Under the pieces are notes generated by a model that was not told the DNA's origin, did not search any database, and saw only the letters and a program-made list of their open reading frames with translations. 64,000 bases of DNA from Lingula anatina (lineage: Eukaryota > Animalia > Brachiopoda): contig CM120646.1 in assembly GCA_051362555.1 (NCBI GenBank), forward strand, positions 9,982,001-10,046,000, read 5' to 3'. Made by a program: the position numbers and the translations under genes. Below are positions 56,801 to 64,000 of this stretch, piece by piece. Position 1 is the stretch's first letter. Each line of letters starts with the position of its first letter.

Positions 56801-59800
56801 AAGCACTTTTAATGTTATACAGTAGTAAAAAAAAAAAACTTTTTACATCGCCCCAACCCAATATATCGTTTTCCGCACTGTGGGTTCAACTACAGTAAGT
56901 TTTTGCACGTTTTTTTCCCGTTGCTATCTTTGTGTCAAACTTAATACTAGTTGTCAACGCTGCGGAGTCAGTAAAATGAAAATATGCGAGTATGAAACAA
57001 AACGATTAGCCAAGAGAAATTGACTAACTTGCTAAATGATATGAGTCCCTGGCCTGAATTTTGATCAAACTTACAAACTGACCCCTGGAAACCACAAAAT
57101 TTTCTTTCATGCCCAAAATCTGTGAATTTAAAGGGATAATAACTCTTCGTATGAGACCTATATTTCACAATAAAAACCTTGTGAATAACTCATAGAAATA
57201 TAATATATTCTGTTTTACCACAAAAACAGCAGTTATAGCTTTTATTCTGATATTTGAACTTGTCTTTAGACCACGTGACCTCCATTGATGTCTATACTCT
57301 GTTAAAATCTCTTAAGAGATTTTAACAAAAAAACAAACTTTTTAGAAAAAAACCAGGGACTAACTTTGAATGTAAAAATGGATTCATTAACCATTGGTAA
57401 GTATGGGAAAATTGTTGTTTACTCCAGAAAAATTCATTTTTTGGCCGAAACGAAGAGTTATTATTGCTTTAAATACTCGATCCCCACCATTAAAAGTGCC
57501 ACCGACCCTCACATTGACTGCCTCTCTTGTTATAGAGCACAATTCAAATAAATTTAAAAGAGACAAACCTGGCTGTTACTACAGAATCGGGATTCTTTAA
57601 CATAGATTTTTTGTCTCGACTACAGGGACGCCTCAATTTCCTTTTCGCCCTATAAATCTTATTCAGTTGAATGGTCTTTATCGCAGCATCTATATTTAAG
57701 TTCATTAAAAACCACAAATCAAACGAATTGTGTGTACGCGCCGTAATGAGCATGATCTTTGGATGGTTATTTTAAATAATCCGATGTTGATAATTTCGAA
57801 TCCTATACATTATAGTAAATCTGCGTACATGGAAAGCATCAAAACAGACTAAAAGGCATTTTCGAGTCGATCATTATACGGTTTTATTTGCATCTCATCT
57901 GTAGCGACATTAGTTGCCAGATTATGTATGAGAACCACGAAAACAGAGCACTCGCACCAGACACGGGCATTTAATTTTGGTTGGCCCTTACGGGCTTGCA
58001 TTCGACCGGAGGCAGAGTTGTGAATCAATCTACAGTATATTATTTTCAGTTTATACAAAAGTTACCTAAGTCCCGCATAACGCTATCTAAAAAATTTGGT
58101 CACTTTATGACCCTTTAAAACACCGCTACAGATGTAGACACCCCAACCCAATTAAGTTCGATGTGAGAAAACTTTCAACAAAAAGGGATAATGTGAGCCA
58201 CATATATTAAGATAAATATCGGAATAAAAATATGACACGTTCCATTAATTTTCACTGGTTTATGTCACTGTACCCTCTAATAGGGAAAGCCGTCAGCAGT
58301 TATTTAAAGTAATGTGACACATTCATAAAAACTTTATGCAAAACGTGAGCAGTTGGGATAAGTTAATTTACGCTCTCATTTTTCATATGAAAAAAAAAAT
58401 GAATATTTATTACAAGAGTTCAGGGTGGGAGGGGGGCATAAGGGCATAGCAACTAAATTATGTTATGAAATAACGATTTGAAATTTAAAAAAGGTCAAGT
58501 TGAACCTTTCTACTCATATACTTTATCATGGTTCGGTTAAGAAGATATATACCCCCCCCCCCCCTGCCCACACTTATTTCAACCTGTAAGACTGGAATGT
58601 CGGTAGTCTGGCTCGGGCAATAAAATCTTACTATCTCCACATCTGGTTTCTATCTAGCGCGTTCAGAGCTTCAGAGCTTAGGACAAACATATTGCTCCTC
58701 GGAGAGGGGGAATAGAGGAACATGTCTTCTCAATATGGAAATCTATATATTTTTGGTAATTTCCTTTGTAACATTTACGAACACTGTAAAATACCCTTTC
58801 TCAAATTAATATGATGTTCACACATTTCTGTAAATATCCTGAATTGAAATACTAATTTTAAATGTCAGATTTATGACGAGGGAGAGAGAGGTCAAGACAT
58901 TCAGTAAATGTCCCCAACTAGGGGAGAGTGTTATAAACTAAACACATCTTGGCAATAACCCGTAGCCAGTAAGACTGCTGATTGGTTTACTTATTATGAT
59001 AAACATTATTGTTTATATTTTTATTAATATCAAACAATTTTACTGTTTGCAGGTATACCTGTTTGGAACCTGTACTCTGGGCCATATAATAGCAATGGTG
59101 CAAAATAGTGATATTCTTCAAATATTAAATTTTATTAAATGGTTGAATACAACATTAGTTATAGAACAGTAATAGAATTCAGTATAATGACATGTAGGAA
59201 GGTGACCATATTGTGCTGCAGGCAGCTTCGACATTGTACGGTGTAGATATAATGGTGGTGTCTAGCTTAGGCGAAGAAGCAACTCAGTTTTTGCATTCCA
59301 CGACTGAAAATGGTGATGTCAGTCAACCGAACATGATTATTCTAGGACATCTCGCAGAACACCACTATATTTCACTTCAGGCATTAAATTTTAGCACACC
59401 CAGCGGCAATGACAGTAGCTCCAGTATCACAGCAGATGTTACATCTATTAATGAACCTGGTAGTTATAATTTCATTTCGTCAATATATGCCCGGAATTTT
59501 GTCGGAGAGGGAAATTTCTCGAGTTTGTTCACTGCCCTGTGAAGCCATATTTTGTGGCCTGAGATGCTGTATCCGTTACTTCGTGACCTGACCTGTCAAA
59601 AGCACGTCTGGGCGCTCTTTTCATCTTTCAATTCTTCCACATTAATCAAGATACGGAGTATCAATTACAAGTGCCCGGGGAGGGGGGGGGGGAAGAGGGA
59701 GCATGAAGGGAATAAATAATTATAAGTAGTATCCTTGCGACACAAGGTTACTCTGCAATTTATATCTTTCCATTTATGCTGTGAAATAATAGCCAGGTAG

Positions 59801-62800
59801 TCCGTTGATCTCGCGAATCAACCAAATGACCGTTAGTTGAGTTGCTTAAGTGCAAGTAATCAATCCCCTCCCCTCCCCCGAACGTCATACTGGCAGGTTT
59901 CCAAATGAAGACTATACCGCAGAAAAAGTTTGGGGCCCAAAAGAGAGTCAGCCAAGGACACGTTTGGGGAACACGTTAGAACACGTCATGATGGACATCA
60001 ACAGGTGTAGGACCATAACAGAGCCTCTGGTAAACAGTTTAGAACCAAGGGACCGAACTTGATTTGAGGACCAGAAGAGAGGCTTTACATGTGTGTGTGT
60101 GATTCAAGAAAAATTAATGTAATTTTCAGGAGGATTCCATCAATCAAAGCACAATCACACAAATCTTGCAACACTAAAGCCAATATAAAAAATAGGAAAT
60201 TTTATGGCAATAAAACTCCATGAACTACATAATAAAAAAGGTCTGCTCACCTGCAACTGTAGATGTCATTGACTTCCATGTTCTTGTTGAATGCTGTTGC
60301 TTCTAAGCTGTCTGTCATGGGACCATCCAATACTCTGATACCTGAAACAATTACTGTGTTGTGACATGTAGAAGATAATACTATGCACTTTAAATACAGA
60401 CTGTTATTTAATATAATATTTACATATTTTTCTTGTAATATCAATGCCATAATCAGTCTTTTATATATCTAAAACACTTTATCTATAGGATCAGAGGCAC
60501 CACCATCTTTTTCTTCATAAAATAATTTGAAGACATGACAGAGAAAAAGATGAAAATTTAAATTGAACTTGTATATCTATATTTGAATCACTTATAAATA
60601 TTAATCACATTTTGCTAAATTTAAGGCTAAAATATCAACTAGGCAGCAGACATAAATAACACATGTGATGGAAGCACTGAGATGAAAACTTCTAAAAATG
60701 ATGAAACAGTCTAACAAAAGTGCACGGAATGTTTTGTGTCAATGCAGATGCAATAGATGTAAACTAATGCTTTATAGCAGCATGACCAACATTTTTAATC
60801 ATCATGATCAGTTTTTAATAATCTACTCACATTAATTACTGTAGACATTTAGAAAATGTAGTAAGCACTGGACTTTAAACCACAGCTATTTGCCAATTTG
60901 TGAAAAACTTGAGCACTATTTAAGTTCGTGGACCACACCTACCAATCAGAGAATAAAATTGCTCAATAGCCCAAAAACTTGTGGGCTACATAACAATATT
61001 TTTAACATATATAAAAACATATTGCAAAAAATAGATATAATAATAATTAATATAATAACAATGATTAGTTTATTTAAAATCATAGCAACCAAAAGGTTGA
61101 AGTTGTTAACAAATATGAGTTCAAATAAAAATTGAAAACAGAAGATTAATATTAAGATCATATTAAGTTCAAAATAAACACAGACCTCTAAAAGCTAGTT
61201 AAAGAAAATGGGATAAAAGTGTTTTAGAATCTTTCAGTCTTAATTTATGGCACTCAGTAAAAATTTGGATTGGTTGCTATATCATAACTTTCTGTAAAAT
61301 CTGGTAGTAAAAAGAGAACTTAACTTATACCTTTTCATTCTTAATGTTCTGAAAGAAAGAATTCCATAGTTCTAAGTGCTGCTTTTCAAAAATTAACTAT
61401 AAATTCAAATATTAATTTTTTTATTAATCAAATCATAGAAATAGAATCAAGAAAAGGTTTTGCTCTTAATAATCATCAAAAATGACAAAAAACTCTCGTG
61501 CTAGTAGAACTCAAAACACCTGCACACAAAGATGCTATATGCTACCTGTTGAGCTGTGGCACCCAGGTACTAATCCAGTACTTCAAAACATGTACCATTA
61601 GCATTAAAAAAGGTCAAGAGCTGAGGTCATGGTGCATGCTGCACAGGGCTTGCCATTTACTGCATTTTACTGGTATAAATAGGTACAAGTGGTAATCTGT
61701 GCCATCACCAAAATTTGGTGGTCAGGTCCGCATAAAGTACAGTATCTCACAAAAAGAATCAGAACAATACCTCCCGAACTGTGAGCCAGAAAGTGCTAAT
61801 AGACAGTCATATAAAATCATGCAAATAAACAAACAGGAACACACTTTGAAATTCCCAAAAAGGGATTTTGAGTTACAGAGTTTCCTTAACTAGTGCACAT
61901 TAACAGTGCCAGTGCACAAAGTATAGTTCTTCAAAATAACATCATGATAAATAGCAAATTGTCATAATGTACTACAGACTACTATAATTGTGGACATTTG
62001 ATGGGACTGATGCTCAAACTACAGGGCACATAATTTCAATTGTATAAGCTCTCTTACTAAAGGTTAAAGTGATTTTCTACAGAATCTACCTGCCAAAATG
62101 AATTTTCCCGAGGTAAAGTGCAATTTCTGTACGCAAGCTTCCATAGATCCTGGGAAGATGCATGTAACTACAACATCAGGTATGCTTCATATAAACATTT
62201 ATTCAGGGTGTAGCATGTATTATCTTTACTGTCTGAACAGAGAAATTCAAGAAGTTTTGCAGGATATAAATATGACTGCAGAGGATTTTCAAATGTGTGT
62301 AACTTTAACTATATGGAACTATTCCCACAGATATTTAGATCGATCTATCTCCCTGGGGAGTCTCACTAACTTAACCGGCTTAAATTTCTGTCATGCCGTT
62401 AAGGGGTAATTATCTTCACCCCCTAGCTGATTCGGTAGGCGTGACAGACATTTAAGCTGGTTAAGTTGATAGCAATTTAGTGAGACTCTCCAGGAAGTTA
62501 GACCGATCCAGATGGATCGATCTAGGCATGGGAACCTAGTCTATGAAACTTCAGGTTTAATTGTTTCACTCACCAGCAACCTTGGCTTGAAATGCCACTC
62601 CCACTGCACATACGGAGTTAGCAACTGCCCCTATCTCCCCTGCACAGCGTGTGCCATGATGATTTTTATCTGGAGGAAAATCAACTTATACACAAAATAA
62701 CTTCTTTTAATGATACTATTCCAATAGCAGTTAAAATGCAAGGCAGTAAAGTAAAAGGCCCTTTCTGACATTTAAGTGTAGTGTTCTAATTTAACTTGAC

Positions 62801-64000
62801 TATTTTTTTATTTATTTTGGGACAAATAACATCTTGGGTCATAGTATTTAATCCTTTAGTGAAATATTGGTTAGCAGGAAGTTACCTTTATTAATTGCAG
62901 GCATAGGATCACTGTCATGAGAATTCAGATCCCAACTTCCTTGAGGACTGTAATTGTCTTGAATGTCTGGGTTTGTCCACTCTAGACCTACAACAACAAT
63001 TGTACAAGTAACAAACATAACAGTAGCAGTGCTTTCACATTTATTTTCCAAGTCACATACTCCTTTGGCCTTAACCCAAATTTTTTTAATTAATCATTTT
63101 ATAGATATCATGTATATTTTATGATATATTCAAAACAATATAGCATCTGTCACCTGTTTTATAATACGTATATATATCTTCAAGCTCTGTTCAAATCAGT
63201 TCTCAGAGAGAGAGTCAATTTCTGAATTAATCTAGGAACATTTTAAAGGGTTCTCATTAAATGAGAACCTACATTTACAGCAATGATTGTATCTAACCTG
63301 ATATGCTCACAGTTCATTGTCTGAGCAATTACTTGATTGTATGTAATACCCTGGGATTCTAGAACAACCCCCCCCCCCCAACAATTCCCTTCCCCTAGAC
63401 AACCCAACCCCCTCCCTAAACAATTCCCTCCAAAGAATATATACATAAACATACAAATATGAAGTAAAGATTGCAAAATTCAAATCTTTTCATCCATTTT
63501 ATAAATATTTTTAATTGTGGATATGGAACATTAACATCAGTAACCAAATTATTTTATCCCAATGTCATCTTTGTGAAGTACAAGTATATAAAATCTTATT
63601 AAAATCTGATAAAGGTATATTCAACTATCCTCTGAGTAAAGGTGGGTAAACAGATAAACATATATTTCAAACAGATATTTTATCATATGAATGTTTTTTA
63701 GGGTAGAGAGTAGACAGGTATGGTCCAGCAATTAAACAAAGCATACATAAATATTTTAATGGCTCTCTATAAAGGATTTACCAGCTAAAATAGCTTTCTT
63801 TTTGGGAGGGGGGAGCAATTTTCTACTACTCACAATTTAAATCAATCCCTGCTTTGCAGAATAAATATGCCTGTGGGAAAATTTTCAAATGGGAGCAGAG
63901 TGCCTTTAAATAAGTATTAGTACATATCTGGTTTAAAGCTCTTGGTAACCACAAGATGACCTTGACCTTACCATCATCAACCACCACGACTGTCACTCCT
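32363..64000 (-). CDS. PCSK7: Proprotein convertase subtilisin/kexin type 7 (5' part lies beyond the window)
   Basis: Exons >64000-63972 (VVVVDDG, catalytic Asp), 62987-62886, 62669-62574 ([11 protein letters not shown], catalytic His), 60341-60251, 41042-40849 ([15 protein letters not shown]...VASGNGG, oxyanion Asn), 40252-40152, 39594-39427 ([13 protein letters not shown], catalytic Ser), 38182-38075, 37690-37588, 36804-36648, 36183-36089 (P domain), 33887-33794, 33305-33191, 32965-32363 (TM and tail). All phases chain correctly. [24 protein letters not shown] and [20 protein letters not shown] are PC7-type rather than furin-type. Confidence 0.93.
33350..33565 (+). mobile_element. 5'-truncated RTE-clade LINE 3' end followed by (GA)n
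   Basis: [28 protein letters not shown] matches the RTE ORF C-terminal pattern GH..R...LE.L..TGKIEGKR.RGR.R. A (GA)n tract follows at 33566-33597. Confidence 0.7.
34561..35856 (+). pseudogene. Degenerate DIRS/Ngaro (tyrosine-recombinase retrotransposon) fragment: ORF1 remnant and reverse transcriptase, in a PCSK7 intron
   Basis: RT motifs [49 protein letters not shown] and YLEDG (decayed YLDDG). The upstream ORF1-like segment [11 protein letters not shown]...VVEE...EDKKRI has stops and frameshifts. No RNase H or recombinase follows. Confidence 0.85.
41787..41840. repeat. (TG)n microsatellite, target of the Ginger insertion (continues at 60090-60101)
   Basis: Direct reading. Confidence 0.95.
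41838..41982 (+). repeat. Left terminal inverted repeat of the Ginger element (145 bp)
   Basis: Reverse complement of 59944-60089; by eye it differs by one substitution and one 1-bp indel. Confidence 0.95.
44338..44406 (+). CDS. Candidate first coding exon encoding a signal peptide ([23 protein letters not shown]) inside the transposon
   Basis: Kozak-like gccaagATG, hydrophobic core, V-E-S/E-S-A cleavage-like end and consensus donor GAG|GTAAGT in phase 0. TATA-like (about 44195 and 44221) and TGACGTGA (about 44248) motifs lie upstream. Confidence 0.55.
44478..44799. mobile_element. Kolobok-like MITE, copy 3, inside the Ginger element
   Basis: TIR AGGTACACTCCATG / CATGGAGTGTACCT and the shared core. 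Confidence 0.75.
45962..48016 (-). mobile_element. Non-autonomous Helentron-type element (HINE/DINE-1-like) with internal satellite, nested in the Ginger element
   Basis: Subterminal inverted repeats TATTGTACCACCAGC (45997-46011) and GCTGGTGGTACAATA (48001-48015). Second IR GTACCGCCAGCG near 47985, hairpin GAGGCGATACCGCCTC near 45977, CTAGTT 3' end on the minus strand, and a CGGAGCCGG/CGGA microsatellite near 47912-47970. Confidence 0.8.
46177..47015. repeat. Tandem satellite, about 5.8 copies of a 144-146-bp unit
   Basis: GTAGGTCAAAGG recurs at 46177, 46321, 46466, 46612, 46757 and 46903. Confidence 0.95.
49203..52679 (-). mobile_element. Decayed, inverted relative of the Ginger element nested within it
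   Basis: 49203-49640 (starts TGTAATGC) is a diverged reverse complement of about 59610-60089. About 52180-52640 is a diverged reverse complement of about 42220-42800. The right boundary (GCTTTACG at 52672-52679) is tentative. Confidence 0.65.
49680..51770. repeat. Foldback (long imperfect inverted repeat with modular arms) centred near 50970
   Basis: Central palindrome TTAACATAAAACACACATGTT...AACATGTGTGTTTTGTGTTAA. GGGGTGTGGCTATCCCTGGGGATGGTTGA-type modules at about 50165, 50388, 50518 and 50641 are mirrored at about 51250 and 51403, with one more copy at about 52802. Confidence 0.75.
53062..55674 (+). CDS. Ginger transposase: rve-type DDE integrase, SH3-like region, Cys-rich finger, OTU cysteine protease and an unknown C-terminal domain
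   Basis: 851-aa ORF that extends upstream in frame to the acceptor ttttttgtag|GAA at 53062. DDE motifs are [18 protein letters not shown] and [17 protein letters not shown] motifs are [24 protein letters not shown] and [12 protein letters not shown]. No internal stops. Confidence 0.92.
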   Translation, partial: ENDWRKRPRKVGQRPIDDTVYEIMLKVLQGKLSFANIPKATRSSNDRKAYRQLASKKFKLGSVPDPITSREEQRILLEKNGTIVLRASEVKAVVQKASALSKGEGARKLKFRIGSVVTGVGKRKIQEVLNADNRQQQRNPKFMNKAPLRPIKSNMVMDRHQVDLVDLSSIEVKDGEETYKWILSLMDIFSRYIWLRPLRSKSSDEVADTLRDIYNIFGPPRILQSDQGGEFKGAVTKLCKSLDVKIIHSSAYYPQSQGQIERSHRTWKEKLRYDLIYGETGVNWAREYQEYERLYNEGPHLALGGRSPFEVFYGRTSNRVSNKDAEEYCKCEEKEDFHSSVDDLVTHEDAVQKIRSQAQKSTEKAAEQMIKRNLRKNPPSKYHIGDNVLVSVDRKDKRVQRGGHGICKPRVAQGTVIITDYETHRYKIKVENEKPIWYRVDRITSLSRDVEQQRQKKAKLGSLVCLYRNCRAQKNRNCKNKMCDRCCPKHGLDKCHYHTKDIWGQLRALEQHEDAVSQSIYDCLIRNALSMGLVEVTETPKDGNCLFHCLAHQLNLMKKTKYTHRDVREQIVNFLVKYPTNAHGVHYSNFVPGNDWDGYLQGMAGTSWGDHIVLQAASTLYGVDIMVVSSLGEEATQFLHSTTENGDVSQPNIIILGHLAEHHYISLQALNFSTPSGNDSSSSITADVTSINEPGSYNFTSSKTEFDVSYNDVKEYLCLELESKNEIDMPFNNANSHSPDENVGENGVPLHRNNARVVKFVKYMEKRGKTFKRQMILGASGGGSEFLLVPDEDMLIFDDTSLYMDSSISTRLNDVCFQYWLYYVYKGDRQGIRIDDDGTVSMTQMQASEYDEWLTSVKGEVCYEYGFKSI
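59201..59483 (+). pseudogene. 283-bp direct duplicate of the C-terminal half of the OTU coding region (54886-55168)
   Basis: Near-identical sequence (3 substitutions seen). Lacks the catalytic Cys segment, keeps the His segment, and stays open to a stop at 59542. Confidence 0.9.
59944..60089 (-). repeat. Right terminal inverted repeat of the Ginger element (146 bp)
   Basis: Pairs with 41838-41982, ends in ACA and is followed by (TG)6. Confidence 0.95.

Larger units (their letters stand above)
41838..60089 (+). mobile_element. Giant Ginger-type (Gypsy-integrase-related, OTU-bearing) cut-and-paste DNA transposon, 18,252 bp
   Basis: TIRs at 41838-41982 and 59944-60089 start TGTAAAGCCTCTCTTCTGGTCC and end ...GAGAGGCTTTACA. 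TGTG flanks both sides (41834-41837 and 60090-60093), compatible with a 4-bp TSD. Internal integrase-OTU ORF is present; no RT, gag or LTR. Confidence 0.9.

Noticed and set aside
41838-60089. Polinton/Maverick interpretation of an 18-kb TIR element with a retroviral-like integrase
   Set aside because: No protein-primed PolB, packaging ATPase, capsid or adenoviral-type protease ORFs. Ends are TGT...ACA rather than AG-rich Polinton termini.

Overview
AT-rich, intron-containing animal genomic DNA; the repeat and gene types suggest a marine invertebrate such as a mollusc (inference). Two host genes lie on the minus strand. The first is a 4-exon type I membrane protein with an IgGFc-binding-protein N-terminal domain (18217 to 3872, about 801 aa). 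The second is proprotein convertase PCSK7, with 14 phase-consistent exons from the window end to the stop at 32363. The main feature is an 18,252-bp Ginger-type (Gypsy-integrase-related) DNA transposon at 41838-60089, with 145/146-bp near-identical TGT...ACA TIRs, inserted in a (TG)n microsatellite within a PCSK7 catalytic-domain intron. It carries an uninterrupted DDE integrase / Cys-rich finger / OTU protease ORF that starts at a phase-0 splice acceptor. About 8.7 kb upstream it also carries an orphan signal-peptide exon with a phase-0 donor, which could give a signal-peptide-bearing transposase. Its passengers include a Helentron-type element with a satellite, an inverted decayed copy of its own ends, a foldback, and a duplicated OTU fragment. 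The rest of the window holds a DIRS/Ngaro relic, an RTE tail, MITEs and foldback satellites. No tRNA, rRNA or CRISPR was recognised. All calls are by-eye readings without database searches.
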